DNA of 56,719 nucleotides from Parcubacteria group bacterium (GCA_016176785.1 JACOWN010000006.1:1-56719); one strand, 5' to 3'. Shown: positions 1-10,373, counted from the first letter of the stretch. Numbers and translations are program-made. The notes: generated from the sequence alone by a model not told the origin.

Positions 1-732
1 GGTAACAAGAATGGTGTGTTCAAACTGCGCGCTTCGCTTTCCGTCTTTTGTCTTGAGCGTGTAGCCGTCGGGAGAAGAATAGATCTCCGGCGACCCTTCG
101 CCAACGATCGGCTCAACGGCAAGCACCATACCGGCGACAAGTTCCTTCCCCGTCCCCCGTTTGCCGTAGTTGGGGATGAAAGGGCCGTCGTGCGGGCTTC
201 TGCCGAGACCGTGTCCTCCGAGCTCGGGGATAATCAAAAAACCCCCTTTGCGCACATGCGTTTCAACGGCATTGCCGACATCCCCCGTGCGGACGCCCGC
301 GCGCACAACCGCTATCCCCGCATACAAGGCGCCGCGCGTCGTTTCAATGAGGCGCTTCCCCGTTTCATCAAGCGAGCCGCACCCGACGGTTACCGCGGCG
401 TCCACAAAAACGCCGCCGCGCGCAAGGCCGAGGTCAAGCGTCACGATATCGCCGACCGCGAACTTCCGCTCGCTCGGGATGCCGTGCACCACTTCGTCAT
501 TCACAGAAACGCAGAGCGCCGCCGGATACGGACGCCGCGCGCCGCGCGGCGTATAGTTCAAAAAAGACGGCGTATCCCCTTCTTCCGCGATCAAACGGCG
601 CGCCTCCATGTCAAGCGCCGTTTCCGAAGCACCGGGAAAAACTGCCCCTGCAAGCCGTTCCAATACAAATGCGAGCCGGTGCCCGGCTTCACGAAGCGTC
701 TGTATTTCGTTTTCTGTCGTGAAAATCGCCAT
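1..732 (-). CDS. map: Methionine aminopeptidase type I (3' end runs off window)
   Basis: Manual translation from ATG 732: MAIFTTENEIQTLREAG...LCVSVNDEVVHGIP...AQFEHTILVT; follows secY-adk. Confidence 0.93.
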   Translation of the reverse strand, partial: MAIFTTENEIQTLREAGHRLAFVLERLAGAVFPGASETALDMEARRLIAEEGDTPSFLNYTPRGARRPYPAALCVSVNDEVVHGIPSERKFAVGDIVTLDLGLARGGVFVDAAVTVGCGSLDETGKRLIETTRGALYAGIAVVRAGVRTGDVGNAVETHVRKGGFLIIPELGGHGLGRSPHDGPFIPNYGKRGTGKELVAGMVLAVEPIVGEGSPEIYSSPDGYTLKTKDGKRSAQFEHTILVT

Positions 733-737
733 AGAAA

Positions 738-1325
738 TCATGTGCTCGCAAGTTTCCGCGCGATCTCCGCCTGCACGGCGTCTCGCGTTTGCTCTCCGTT
801 GATGTCTAAAAACGCGTGGCGCGGGTGCGCGCGGTAATACTGAACGACCGGCTCCACGTCCGTCTCGTACCAATCAAGCCGCTTGTTGATCTCATTCGCC
901 GTATCGTCAACCCTCCCCCGTTCGGTCAAAAGCTTGAACGACCATGCGCGCGAAACATTGAGAAAAATGACAAAAACGCGTGCGCGGTAAAAATCAAACG
1001 CGCTCTCAAGCACATACGCTTCGTGTATTTTGCGAGGCATACCGTCCAGAATGAGGTCTTCCTCTCCCGTCAAATTCTGGATAAAAAAGTGGGACCAGAT
1101 GTGGGTGACGAGGAACTCCGGCTGCAGACCGCCGCGGTCGTAGATCTCTTTTGCGAGTTGCGCCGTATAACCGTCATGCGTGATAAAATCCCGAAACTCC
1201 TTGCCGGTACCGAGAGAAAGAAATTTTCGGTCGGGGAACGTTTTCTCGCGCTCCGCGGCGAGACGCTCCGCCTGCGTCCCCTTTCCGCTCCCTGAACGGC
1301 CGATGAAAAGAAAAACGTCTTTCAT
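738..1325 (-). CDS. adk: Adenylate kinase (NMP kinase)
   Basis: GRSGSGKGTQA P-loop, LDGMPR, RGRVDD; after secY. Confidence 0.9.
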   Translation of the reverse strand: MKDVFLFIGRSGSGKGTQAERLAAEREKTFPDRKFLSLGTGKEFRDFITHDGYTAQLAKEIYDRGGLQPEFLVTHIWSHFFIQNLTGEEDLILDGMPRKIHEAYVLESAFDFYRARVFVIFLNVSRAWSFKLLTERGRVDDTANEINKRLDWYETDVEPVVQYYRAHPRHAFLDINGEQTRDAVQAEIARKLAST

Positions 1326-1388
1326 ATACCAAGTATAACGCGCGGGAAAGCCGCTGTCCCGACGGCGGCCCTTCTTCCGCCGCGCTCT

Positions 1389-2660
1389 TTAATATTCGCG
1401 CATGGAAATTTGCGCATCAAGTTTTTTGATGAGGTCCAGCACCACCGATACCACAATGAGAATGCTCGTGCCGCCGATGGCAAAAGCGGCGACGCCCGTC
1501 ATCCCCTGCATGGCAAGCGGCAATACGGCGATAACTCCGAGAAAGACGGCCCCGACCAGCGTGAGACGCGTCAAAATGCTCGCGATGTATTCCGCCGTCG
1601 TGCGCCCGGGCCGAACCCCGGGAATGAACGCCCCGTTTTTCTGAAGGTTGGCGGCGATCGCTTCCGGATCAAAGGTTACCGCAGTGTAAAAATACGTGAA
1701 GAAAAAGACGAGGATGAAATACAGCGCCGAGTAGAAGAACGGGTTTTGAAATACGGCGAACAGCGCGTCGGTCGCTGCTTTCACGACCGCGTTGTCAACG
1801 CTCGCCAAAAAATTGATGACCATCTGCGGAAAAAGGAGGATGGAGAGCGCGAAGATGATCGGTATCACGCCGGCTTGATTGAGCCGAAGCGGCAGATACG
1901 TCGCGAAGCCGCCGTACAGGCGCTGGCCGCGCACGCGTTTTGCGTAGGTCACGGGGATAGGCCGCTCCGCTTCCGTGATCCACACAATACCGGCAACGAT
2001 CGCAACGGCGGCAAGTGTAAATCCGAGGTACACCGGGAGCTGGTCAATCGTAAACGTGAAGATCGCCTGTTGGACCGTCCCGGGAAGCGCCGCCACAATG
2101 CCGGCAAAGATGATGATGGAAACGCCGTTGCCTATGCCGAACTCCGAGATCAGCTCGCCGATCCACATAAGCAAGAGTGAACCGGCGGTCACCACAAAAA
2201 TATTCGCAATGAGGTCAAAGGGGGGCATCTGGCCGATGACGCCTTGCCGCGAAAGAAGCACCAACAGACCGATTCCTTGGATTACGGCGAGCGGCACGGT
2301 CGCGAGGCGGGAATACTGGATGAACTTTCGCCGTCCGGCATCGCCCTCCTCGTGGTAAAGCGCCTTGAGGCGCGGCCACATGACCGTGAGAAGCTGCATA
2401 ATGATAGAGGAGGTGATGTACGGGGCGACGCCGAGCATGACAATGGACAAGTTTGACAAACCGCCTCCGGAAAAGATGTTCAAGAGGCCGAAAAACTGGT
2501 TATTGGAAAGAAACTCGTCAAGCCGCGCCGCATCAATGCCCGGAACGGGGATCACCGCAAGAATACGGAAGAGCACAAGCGCGCCGATAACAAAAAGGAA
2601 GCGCCTGCGCAGCGTCTCGTCGCGTGCCATGAGTTTGATTTTCTGCCAAAAGACGTTCAT
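1389..2660 (-). CDS. secY: Preprotein translocase subunit SecY
   Basis: IPVPGID, LGVAPYITSSIIMQLL, GIGNGVSIIIF, GGTSILIVVSV; multi-TM. Confidence 0.98.
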   Translation of the reverse strand: MNVFWQKIKLMARDETLRRRFLFVIGALVLFRILAVIPVPGIDAARLDEFLSNNQFFGLLNIFSGGGLSNLSIVMLGVAPYITSSIIMQLLTVMWPRLKALYHEEGDAGRRKFIQYSRLATVPLAVIQGIGLLVLLSRQGVIGQMPPFDLIANIFVVTAGSLLLMWIGELISEFGIGNGVSIIIFAGIVAALPGTVQQAIFTFTIDQLPVYLGFTLAAVAIVAGIVWITEAERPIPVTYAKRVRGQRLYGGFATYLPLRLNQAGVIPIIFALSILLFPQMVINFLASVDNAVVKAATDALFAVFQNPFFYSALYFILVFFFTYFYTAVTFDPEAIAANLQKNGAFIPGVRPGRTTAEYIASILTRLTLVGAVFLGVIAVLPLAMQGMTGVAAFAIGGTSILIVVSVVLDLIKKLDAQISMREY

Positions 2661-2680
2661 AGATGCCGATGCGCGCGCAT

Positions 2681-3127
2681 TTACGCGACGGTGCCGCCGG
2701 CTTTTTCAATCGCCTCGCGCGCGCCTTTGGAAATACGTACCCCGCTCACGGCGAAACGCTTGGTAATCGCGCCCTTTCCGAGAATTTTAACGCGCGCAGT
2801 TCTGCCGCGGACGGAGATGAGTCCTTTTTCACGAAGCGCCGCCGCAGTGATCGCGGCGCCGTCGGCAAACGAACGCGCAAGCGTCACGAGAGAAACCGGG
2901 ACCGCCTTTGTCCGCGAGTCGTTGACGGAACGGGCGCGGTGTTTTCCGTGTCCCCGTTTTTTGGGCAGTTTCTTGATGATGTCGCGCATTTCGGGACGGA
3001 TGCGGTGTCCGGCGCGCGCCGTCTGCCCCTTGCCTCCGCGGCCGGAATACGTTCCGCGCTTTCCGCCGCGTCCAACGCGCTTTGGCTTCAATCGCCGTGT
3101 CTTGGGTTGCAGGTCGTGTAATTGCAT
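2681..3127 (-). CDS. rplO: 50S ribosomal protein L15
   Basis: RVGRGGKRGTYSGRGGKGQTAR, IEKAGG. Confidence 0.97.
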   Translation of the reverse strand: MQLHDLQPKTRRLKPKRVGRGGKRGTYSGRGGKGQTARAGHRIRPEMRDIIKKLPKKRGHGKHRARSVNDSRTKAVPVSLVTLARSFADGAAITAAALREKGLISVRGRTARVKILGKGAITKRFAVSGVRISKGAREAIEKAGGTVA

Positions 3128-3132
3128 ACGTG

Positions 3133-3726
3133 TTACTTCGCAAGCGTACCGAGCGCTTTCAGGGCGGCGTACGAATTGTTTAATTTGTTCTTGCTCCGCG
3201 ACATTATTTTTGCGATGACGTCCGTCACGCCAGCGAGGTCAAGAACGGTGCGGACGGAACTGCCGGCAACGAGTCCTTTGCCGCGAACAGGAATGATGCG
3301 GACGACCGCGGAGCTGTATTTCGCTTCAACTTCGTGCGGGATGGAATTGGACTTCGTGCGATGCACGATGATGAGGTGTTTTTTCGCCTCGCGCGTCGCT
3401 TTCTCGATCGCGATCGCCGTGTCGGCGCCCTTTCCGATGCCGACGCCGACCGAACCTTTCTTGTTTCCGATGATGACGACCACGCTAAAGCTGAATCGCC
3501 GTCCTCCGGCGACGACGCGCGCAACGCGGCGAACGTTAATGACTTTTTGAGCGAATTCCGGCCGGGCGCGTTCACGCGAGCGTCCTTCGCCGCGCATTCC
3601 GCCGCGCCGCATTCCGCCGCGCCCCGCCCCGCCGCGCGGGTGCCGGGGGCGGTTGCCGTCCCCCGCGCGCGGAACTCCGGACGACCGACGCGAAGCATTG
3701 CGTTGTGTGGATGATTGGGGAGCCAT
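3133..3726 (-). CDS. rpsE: 30S ribosomal protein S5 with RG-rich N-terminal extension
   Basis: RRVARVVAGGRRFSFSVVVIIG, GVGIGK. Confidence 0.97.
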   Translation of the reverse strand: MAPQSSTQRNASRRSSGVPRAGDGNRPRHPRGGAGRGGMRRGGMRGEGRSRERARPEFAQKVINVRRVARVVAGGRRFSFSVVVIIGNKKGSVGVGIGKGADTAIAIEKATREAKKHLIIVHRTKSNSIPHEVEAKYSSAVVRIIPVRGKGLVAGSSVRTVLDLAGVTDVIAKIMSRSKNKLNNSYAALKALGTLAK

Positions 3727-3740
3727 AAGAAAAAATTTGA

Positions 3741-4091
3741 TTAAAACTCAAGACCGCCGTTCCGCGCCGCGTCTGCGAACGCCTTAACGATCCCCGCGTA
3801 ACGGAAGCCGCCGCGGTCAAAAACGACGCGGGAGATCCCTTGCGAACGCGCGCGTTCGGCAAGCGCCGCACCGGCGCGCTCCGCACGGCTTCGAAGCGCC
3901 TCCGTTTTTGATTTTTCTTTCTGCGCGTCGCGAACGGAAAGAAGGGTCCGCGACGAGTCGTCGTCGATCAACTGGGCAAAAAAATGTTTGTTTGAACGGA
4001 AAACGGCAAGGCGCGGCCGCGCAGCCGTTCCCCTGACGCGAAAGCGCAACCGCGCATGTCTCCGTTTTCTTTCCTCTGTTTTTGATGCCAT
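3741..4091 (-). CDS. rplR: 50S ribosomal protein L18
   Basis: [29 protein letters not shown]. Confidence 0.97.
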   Translation of the reverse strand: MASKTEERKRRHARLRFRVRGTAARPRLAVFRSNKHFFAQLIDDDSSRTLLSVRDAQKEKSKTEALRSRAERAGAALAERARSQGISRVVFDRGGFRYAGIVKAFADAARNGGLEF

Positions 4092-4109
4092 ACTTTTTTG
4101 TTTCCTTTA

Positions 4110-4643
4110 CTACGCGGCTTTTTTGCCTTCTTTCCGGCGGATAACCTCGCCTTCATATCGGATGCCCTTGCCTTTATACGGCTCCGGCTTCCTTACGGCG
4201 CGCACGTGGGCGGCGAATTGCCCGACCAATTCCTTGTCGCTGCCGCTTATGCCGATGGAAGTTTTTTCAACGGTCACCGCGATCCCTTCGGGAATGGGGA
4301 CAACGACCGGATGCGAAAAGCCGACATTCAATTTGAGCGTCTTCCCCGCCACTTCCGCCCGATAGCCGATCCCTTCGATCACCAACCGTTTTTCAAAAGG
4401 CGCCGTGACGCCGCGCAGCATATTTTTGATATGCGCCGCGTAGGTACCCCAAAGCGCCTGAGCGAGGCGTGAAGTGCGCGCCGGAGACAACATCACCGTA
4501 CCGTTCTCAACCGTGATCGCGATCTCGGGGCGAAATTGCCGAGTGAGCGTTCCGCGCGGCCCCGTCACGGTTACCTCGCCGTCACGCAAGGTGACGTTCG
4601 TTTGGTCGGGTATTGCGATGGGGCGTTTGCCTATTCTGCTCAT
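4110..4643 (-). CDS. rplF: 50S ribosomal protein L6
   Basis: Start set at MSRIGKRPI; RKPEPYKGKGIRY. Confidence 0.97.
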   Translation of the reverse strand: MSRIGKRPIAIPDQTNVTLRDGEVTVTGPRGTLTRQFRPEIAITVENGTVMLSPARTSRLAQALWGTYAAHIKNMLRGVTAPFEKRLVIEGIGYRAEVAGKTLKLNVGFSHPVVVPIPEGIAVTVEKTSIGISGSDKELVGQFAAHVRAVRKPEPYKGKGIRYEGEVIRRKEGKKAA

Positions 4644-4648
4644 GAGAA

Positions 4649-5035
4649 TCACCAGATTTCAAACAATGCTTCGCCGCCGACCCTTTCTTTTCGCGCTTGC
4701 TCTCCGGTTAAAATGCCTTTGGGCGTTGAAAGGATTAAACGGCCGTGTCCTTGCCGCACCGGCTTCAGGTCACGAACGCCGGTGTAGACCCGCCGCGACA
4801 GCTTTGAAATGCGACGCACATTGAGGAGGCGCGGCGTGCCGTTGTCATACGCAATGCCGAGTTCAAGCACCTTTTTTTCTTTTTTCCCTTTGCGGTTCAC
4901 CGAAACAAGGTAACCCTCGTGCATAAGCACGTGCGCGACCGAAGACCGCAGTTTTGAATACGGCACAATGACCGCCGGTCTGCCGATCTTACTCGCATTC
5001 TTTATCTGTATGATCATGTCTGCAATCGGGTCCAT
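4649..5035 (-). CDS. rpsH: 30S ribosomal protein S8
   Basis: MDPIADM, LSTPKGI, VGGE. Confidence 0.97.
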   Translation of the reverse strand: MDPIADMIIQIKNASKIGRPAVIVPYSKLRSSVAHVLMHEGYLVSVNRKGKKEKKVLELGIAYDNGTPRLLNVRRISKLSRRVYTGVRDLKPVRQGHGRLILSTPKGILTGEQARKERVGGEALFEIW

Positions 5036-5091
5036 GTTTCAAATTTAAAAAATAAATCGCGCGATCAAAATTTTTGCAATTTAATCTTTTT

Positions 5092-5277
5092 TTACCAGCT
5101 TGATTTTTTTATTCCCGGGATCATTCCTTCGTTCGCGAGTTCGCGGAAACAGATGCGGCACACGTCAAAGTCGCTTAAATATCCTCGCCGCCGACCGCAC
5201 CGAAAACAACGCCGCACCACGCGGGATTTGTACTTCGGTTTCTTTTGTGACCGTGCAATGACCGACTTTTTCGCCAT
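5092..5277 (-). CDS. rpsN: 30S ribosomal protein S14, zinc-binding type Z (61 aa)
   Basis: MAKKS...RCFRCGR...CRICFRELA...PGIKKSSW. Confidence 0.96.
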   Translation of the reverse strand: MAKKSVIARSQKKPKYKSRVVRRCFRCGRRRGYLSDFDVCRICFRELANEGMIPGIKKSSW

Positions 5278-5382
5278 AGAAATTAAAAACAAAGCTTCCC
5301 CAAGCTTCCCGATAATCCTAGCAGGATGGCGCTTCACTGTCAAACAAACGGCCGTCTTCGCGACGGCACGCCGATTTCTCTC

Positions 5383-5943
5383 TTACGCTTTCTTTTCCGT
5401 CTTTTTAAACGGCATGCCGATGCGCTCTAAAAAAGCGCGCGCTTCGTCTTTTGCCCGCGCCGTCGTGACGATCGTCACGGCAAGCCCAAAAACATTTTTG
5501 AGTTCTTCATCCGCCGTTTCGGGGAAAACGGTGTGTTCACGGATGCCGACGGTGGCATTTCCCATGTCATCAATGACCGTGGGCGCAATGCCCCGAAAGT
5601 CGCGCGTCCGCGGCAGCGCTATGTCAAACAGACGGTCCAAAAAACCATACATGCGGCTCCCGCGAAGCGTGACCGCGAACCCGATCGGTTCTCCCGCGCG
5701 CACTTTGAATGAGGCGATTGATTTCTTCGCTCCGCGCGGCGCGGCCTTTTGGCCGGTGATTTTTGCAAGACGTTCGGCGATAAAATCGTTGCGCGTCGCA
5801 TCGGCGCGCGACGCTTTTCCCGTACCAACGCTCACGATTACCTTAACCAGCCGCGGAGCCGCCAGGCGGTTGGTGTATCCGAACCGTTCTTTAAGCGCGT
5901 CATAGGCGGCATATTCCTTGTCTTTTGTAGTGAGATGTTTCAT
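5383..5943 (-). CDS. rplE: 50S ribosomal protein L5
   Basis: ITGQKA, AKKSIASFKVRAG, VTLRG, LPRTRDFRG; start set at MKHLT. Confidence 0.96.
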   Translation of the reverse strand: MKHLTTKDKEYAAYDALKERFGYTNRLAAPRLVKVIVSVGTGKASRADATRNDFIAERLAKITGQKAAPRGAKKSIASFKVRAGEPIGFAVTLRGSRMYGFLDRLFDIALPRTRDFRGIAPTVIDDMGNATVGIREHTVFPETADEELKNVFGLAVTIVTTARAKDEARAFLERIGMPFKKTEKKA

Positions 5944-5953
5944 ACAAGAAAGT

Positions 5954-6259
5954 TTACAGCGCGGCGCCGCTCCGTTTTGCAAAACGGACCTTTTTGCCGC
6001 TTTCCGCGCGGAATCCGACGCGCGTCGCCGCGCCGGTCTTTGGGTCAAGGAGCGCAACATTGGAAACGTGGAGAGGCGCGGCAATATCAAGTATCTGACC
6101 CTTTTGGCCCGATCGGCGAGGGCGTTGATGTTTTTTCTTCATATTCACCCCTTCAACGACGACCATCTCCTCACGCCGCAAAACGCGGAGCACCGCGCCC
6201 TTTTTTCCTTTGTCTTTGCCCGACCTGATGATGACGGAATCGCCTTTTTTGATATACAT
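5954..6259 (-). CDS. rplX: 50S ribosomal protein L24
   Basis: IKKGDSV, GKDKGKKG, VEGVN, HVSNV. Confidence 0.97.
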   Translation of the reverse strand: MYIKKGDSVIIRSGKDKGKKGAVLRVLRREEMVVVEGVNMKKKHQRPRRSGQKGQILDIAAPLHVSNVALLDPKTGAATRVGFRAESGKKVRFAKRSGAAL

Positions 6260-6274
6260 ACGATTAAAAACGCG

Positions 6275-6646
6275 CTACACGACCTCCGGAGCCAATGAAA
6301 TGATTTTCTGGAATCCCCGCTCGCCGATCTCGCGCGGAATGGGTCCGAAAATACGTCCCGCCCGCGGTTCCTTTTTGCCTTTTTCAACAAGAACGATCGC
6401 GTTATCGTCAAAACGGATATACGACCCGTCCTTGCGCCGGAACGGCTGGCGCTGGCGCACGATCACGGCGTGCACCACTTCTTTTTTCTTGACTTGTTTG
6501 CGCGGCTCGGCGACTTTGACCGACGCGACCACAACGTCGCCGATGCGCGCGTATCGGCGGCGCGTTCCCCCCAAAATCTTAAAGACCTCGCACACTTTCG
6601 CGCCCGAGTTATCCGCAACTTTTATTTTTGTTTCCGGCTGGATCAT
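6275..6646 (-). CDS. rplN: 50S ribosomal protein L14
   Basis: [22 protein letters not shown]. Confidence 0.98.
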   Translation of the reverse strand: MIQPETKIKVADNSGAKVCEVFKILGGTRRRYARIGDVVVASVKVAEPRKQVKKKEVVHAVIVRQRQPFRRKDGSYIRFDDNAIVLVEKGKKEPRAGRIFGPIPREIGERGFQKIISLAPEVV

Positions 6647-6647
6647 A

Positions 6648-6893
6648 TCATTGCGCGGAGGCGATCTTAAAATGCTTGTCTTTTGATATCGGGCGGCACT
6701 CTTCTATCAACACCTTGTCGCCGACCTTGAGGGTATTTTCCGGGTCATGCGTTTTGTACTTCTTGCTCACACGCATATATTTTTTATACCTCGGGTGCTT
6801 CACATAGCGCTCGACTAACACGACCGCCGTCTTGTGTACCGCGCTCCGTACGACGACTCCCTTAAATTGTTTGCGATGGATTGTCTTTTCCAT
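6648..6893 (-). CDS. rpsQ: 30S ribosomal protein S17
   Basis: [23 protein letters not shown]. Confidence 0.96.
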   Translation of the reverse strand: MEKTIHRKQFKGVVVRSAVHKTAVVLVERYVKHPRYKKYMRVSKKYKTHDPENTLKVGDKVLIEECRPISKDKHFKIASAQ

Positions 6894-6899
6894 GGTAGA

Positions 6900-7100
6900 T
6901 CACGGGCGCGCGGCGCTCCGGCGCATTCGCGCTTCAGTCAAAAGCCGAGCGATCTCTTTTCGCAGATTTCTCCCCTCCTTCACGTTTTTTGTCTTGCTGC
7001 CGGCCGCTCCAAAGCGAAACAACCGCAGGGCCTTTCTTTTTTCGCCAAGCGTTTTTTCCAATTCCTCGTCTGTTTTATTTTTGATTTCTTTCGTCTTCAT
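6900..7100 (-). CDS. rpmC: 50S ribosomal protein L29
   Basis: MKTKEI...LRKEIARLLT; between rplP and rpsQ. Confidence 0.92.
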   Translation of the reverse strand: MKTKEIKNKTDEELEKTLGEKRKALRLFRFGAAGSKTKNVKEGRNLRKEIARLLTEARMRRSAARP

Positions 7101-7113
7101 ACGCATCTCCGGA

Positions 7114-7530
7114 TTACCGCGCGACAATCCTTGTTTTAACCGGCATTTTAGCTCCCGCCTTGCGCAATGCGTCGCGCGCCGGCAGATCGGGAACGCCGTC
7201 AACCTCAAATATCACGCGACCCGGCAGCACTTCCACTTCATATCCCTTTACGTCGCCCTTCCCTTTCCCCATGCCGACCTCGGCGGCTTTTTCCGTATAC
7301 GGTCGATCAGGGAAAATCCGGATCCACATCTTGCCCGTTTTCCCCATGACGCGCGCAATGGTCTTGCGTGCCGCTTCAAGCTGGTTTGAGCGTATGCGCC
7401 CAACGGATGTCGCTTTCAAACCGTGAGAACCGAAAGCAAGCGTGGCGCCGCGGGTTTCCGCACGCGCCTTGCTCGGATTCCGGCGCATGCGCTGCCATTT
7501 TCTGTGTTTTACTTTTTTGGGGAAAAGCAT
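7114..7530 (-). CDS. rplP: 50S ribosomal protein L16
   Basis: MLFPKKVKHRK, WIRIFPD, MGKGKG. Confidence 0.98.
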   Translation of the reverse strand: MLFPKKVKHRKWQRMRRNPSKARAETRGATLAFGSHGLKATSVGRIRSNQLEAARKTIARVMGKTGKMWIRIFPDRPYTEKAAEVGMGKGKGDVKGYEVEVLPGRVIFEVDGVPDLPARDALRKAGAKMPVKTRIVAR

Positions 7531-7552
7531 ACTCGTTTATGTGCGGCATCGT

Positions 7553-8227
7553 TTACGCGCCTCTTTTTGCGTCTTTATCGGAAAAAATTTCCCCCCGGTA
7601 GATCCAAACCTTAACGCCGATAACGCCGTAGGGAAGATACGCTTTTTCGCGCGCAAAATCAACGTCGGCCCGGAATGTCTGCAGGGGAATGCTTCCGCGC
7701 TTCAGCGACTCGCGCCGGCCCATCTCCGCGCCGCCCAAGCGGCCCGACAGAGCAAAACGGACGCCGCGCACTTCTTTGTTCGCCATAACCTTGTCCATGG
7801 TCTGCTTCAAAATGCGGCGGAACGGCATGCGCTTTTCCAAACCTTCGGCGATCATCTGCGCGACAACGGATGCGTTCGATTCGGGGGCGCGCACTTCTTC
7901 AACACTGACCTTGATGTCACCGACCGGCAGTTTTCGTTTGAGCAAAAACTTTTCAATATCACCCTTGAGACGCGCCGAGCCCTCGCCCTGCCGTCCGATG
8001 AGCATGCCCGGACGCGCTGTTTTTATGATCAGCTTGAGCGCGCCTCCGCTTCGTTCAATTTCAAGCGCGGCAACATACATGCCGCGGAGCCGCTTTGTGA
8101 GGTATTCGCGGAGCAGGACATCCCCCTTGAGACGCGATTTAAAATCTGCGCCGCCGCTGAACCAGCGCGATTTCCAGTCGCGGATGATCCCGAGCCGATG
8201 GGCATATGGGTGAACGATGTGCGTCAT
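7553..8227 (-). CDS. rpsC: 30S ribosomal protein S3
   Basis: HPYAHRLGI, RPGMLIG, SGRLGGAE, IPLQTFRAD. Confidence 0.98.
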   Translation of the reverse strand: MTHIVHPYAHRLGIIRDWKSRWFSGGADFKSRLKGDVLLREYLTKRLRGMYVAALEIERSGGALKLIIKTARPGMLIGRQGEGSARLKGDIEKFLLKRKLPVGDIKVSVEEVRAPESNASVVAQMIAEGLEKRMPFRRILKQTMDKVMANKEVRGVRFALSGRLGGAEMGRRESLKRGSIPLQTFRADVDFAREKAYLPYGVIGVKVWIYRGEIFSDKDAKRGA

Positions 8228-8260
8228 AAAAATTGAGAGCGAAGAAGCGCAAATTACGAA

Positions 8261-8647
8261 TTAAGAACGGGGTGATTTCTTTTTTTGACCCTTGATCGCC
8301 GGTCCTCGGCTCTCCTGTTTCCGTTGAGCAAGCTCAATGAAAATATGGCTCGTCCGTTTTCGAATGGGCGCCGACCGTCCGAATGCGCGCGGCATCCCTC
8401 GCTTCAGGGTGGCGCCTCCGTCAACGCGGATCTCCTTCACGTAGAGCGCGCTTTCACTCGCGACACGGTTGTTCGTCTTAGCGTTCGCCACCGCGGACAA
8501 GAGCAGTTTTTTGACCGGCGCCACCGCCCGTTTGGTCGTCGAGTCAAGCAGCGTAAGTGCGCGCGGAACATTTTTGCCGCGGATCAGATCGGCGACGAGG
8601 CGCACTTTGCGCGGCGACTGCCGGTAATTTCGGAGTAGTGCTTTCAT
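8261..8647 (-). CDS. rplV: 50S ribosomal protein L22
   Basis: SPRKVRLVADLIRGK, SAVANA, KRTSHI. Confidence 0.97.
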   Translation of the reverse strand: MKALLRNYRQSPRKVRLVADLIRGKNVPRALTLLDSTTKRAVAPVKKLLLSAVANAKTNNRVASESALYVKEIRVDGGATLKRGMPRAFGRSAPIRKRTSHIFIELAQRKQESRGPAIKGQKKKSPRS

Positions 8648-8663
8648 GCGTTTTGGCTGCGTA

Positions 8664-9017
8664 TTACGGCTTCTTCGTTTCCACGGCGGCCGCAGGCGCT
8701 TTTGCGGCTTTTGCGGCCGCTATTTCCGTTTCGCGCTGTTTCTGTTCAATTTCTTTCTGCATCCTGCCGCCGTGCCGCGTAAATTTCTTTGTCGGAGAAA
8801 ATTCGCCGAGCCGATGCCCCACCATTTCTTCCGTCACGGTAACGGGAATATGCTCTTTGCCGTTATGCACGCCGAACGTAAAGCCGACCATTTCGGGAGC
8901 GATCTGGCTGTCGCGAGACCACGTGCGAAGCACGCCCGCGGCATCGGGCTTTTTCCCTGCGATCTTCCGCAAAAGTTTCGGGTCAACAAACGGACCTTTT
9001 TTAAGCGAACGCGTCAT
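8664..9017 (-). CDS. rpsS: 30S ribosomal protein S19
   Basis: [27 protein letters not shown]. Confidence 0.98.
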   Translation of the reverse strand: MTRSLKKGPFVDPKLLRKIAGKKPDAAGVLRTWSRDSQIAPEMVGFTFGVHNGKEHIPVTVTEEMVGHRLGEFSPTKKFTRHGGRMQKEIEQKQRETEIAAAKAAKAPAAAVETKKP

Positions 9018-9093
9018 AAAGATAAAACAAACGAGCCCTCCGGGGCTTCGAGGATATAGTATAGAATTATATCTCCGAAGTCAACGGAGGCCT

Positions 9094-9942
9094 CTACCTG
9101 CGCCGCTCGCGGGCGTTCTTGCGCCACGCCATGATGAGCGAATTGGAGTACTTTTTCGGGCGGCGCGTTTTTACGCCGAACGCCTGCTTGCCTTCGCGCG
9201 TTTTTGGTCCGCGCCGCAAACCGGTCCCCTGTCGCCCTTCGCCGCCTCCGTGGGGATGATCCACGGGGTTCATGGCCGTTCCGCGCACGGTCGGCCGTAT
9301 GCCGCGCCATCGAGCGCGCCCCGCCTTTCCAAGATTGCGCAGTTTGTGTTCCTCATGCGAAACCTCGCCGATGGTCGCCCATACACGGTCGGTGACCTTT
9401 CGGATCTCGCCGGACGGCATTTTAAGCTGCGTGTAGCCGTCGGCGTGCGCGATTATTTCTACGTGGTTACCCGCAGATCGCCCGAGCTTTGCTCCCCCCT
9501 CCGGCTGCACTTCTACATTGTGGACGAACATGCCGACGGGAATGTTCTTAAGACGCGTGCGATTGCCGCCGATAAGCGGCGCTTTCTCGGAGACCACAAC
9601 GGTGCTGCCTGGATGCATGCTTTTTTCCGCGAGAACGTAGCGTTTTTCTCCGTCCGCATAGACGAGGAGCGCGATGAACGCGGAACGATTGGGGTCGTAT
9701 TCGATCGTCGCGACGCGCGCCGGAATGTTCTTTTTTGAATATAAAAAATCAACGTTGCGCGTGAGGCGCTTATGGCCTCCGCCTTTGTGCCGTGTGGAGA
9801 TGCGGCCGCTTGACGAATGACCGGCGGCGCGTGTGCGCCCCCGTACCAGCTTTTTATGCGGTTCCCGCGCCGAAAGAAGGGTGCGATACGCGGGCAGTAT
9901 CGCTCTTCGTTGTCCGGGTGTTGTTGGTTTGAGTTTTTTCAT
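9094..9942 (-). CDS. rplB: 50S ribosomal protein L2
   Basis: IEYDPNRS, RGTAMNPVDHPHGGGEG. Confidence 0.98.
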   Translation of the reverse strand: MKKLKPTTPGQRRAILPAYRTLLSAREPHKKLVRGRTRAAGHSSSGRISTRHKGGGHKRLTRNVDFLYSKKNIPARVATIEYDPNRSAFIALLVYADGEKRYVLAEKSMHPGSTVVVSEKAPLIGGNRTRLKNIPVGMFVHNVEVQPEGGAKLGRSAGNHVEIIAHADGYTQLKMPSGEIRKVTDRVWATIGEVSHEEHKLRNLGKAGRARWRGIRPTVRGTAMNPVDHPHGGGEGRQGTGLRRGPKTREGKQAFGVKTRRPKKYSNSLIMAWRKNARERRR

Positions 9943-9968
9943 ACGTCGTTAGCGGCTTTAGCGTCAAA

Positions 9969-10364
9969 CTACACGAAGTTAATCCGGTCACCCTCCTTGA
10001 GGAACACGACGGCTTTCCTTCCGCGCGGGCGAATGCCCTCCTTGCCGCGGACACGGATCCGCTTGGGAGGAACGGTTATGACGTGCACGCCGACGGGCGT
10101 CACGCGATAGATCTCGCGGATCGCTTTTTTAATCTCCGTTTTCGTGGCGTCCGCGCGCACCTCAAACGTGTATTCGTTTTCCGTCGTTAAAAACGACGCT
10201 TTCTCCGAAACAAGCGGGCGGAGCAAGACGTGACTGTACCGTTCGCTCTCGGTTTCTTTCAGGGTGGCGCGCCGCGCGGAGCGCGGCTTCACGCGCGTCG
10301 CGGTTTCGGCCGGCTTTTCTTTCTTCTCCGTATTCTTTTTTTTGAATGCGTCCAGGAGAGCCAT
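9969..10364 (-). CDS. rplW: 50S ribosomal protein L23 with N-terminal extension
   Basis: PLVSEK, TKTEIKKAI, KAVVFLKEG. Confidence 0.95.
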   Translation of the reverse strand: MALLDAFKKKNTEKKEKPAETATRVKPRSARRATLKETESERYSHVLLRPLVSEKASFLTTENEYTFEVRADATKTEIKKAIREIYRVTPVGVHVITVPPKRIRVRGKEGIRPRGRKAVVFLKEGDRINFV

Positions 10365-10373
10365 AAAAATTCA

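Noticed and set aside
738..5035. UGA reassignment (code 25)
   Set aside because: Conserved genes such as adk and rpsH end at TGA at their expected lengths
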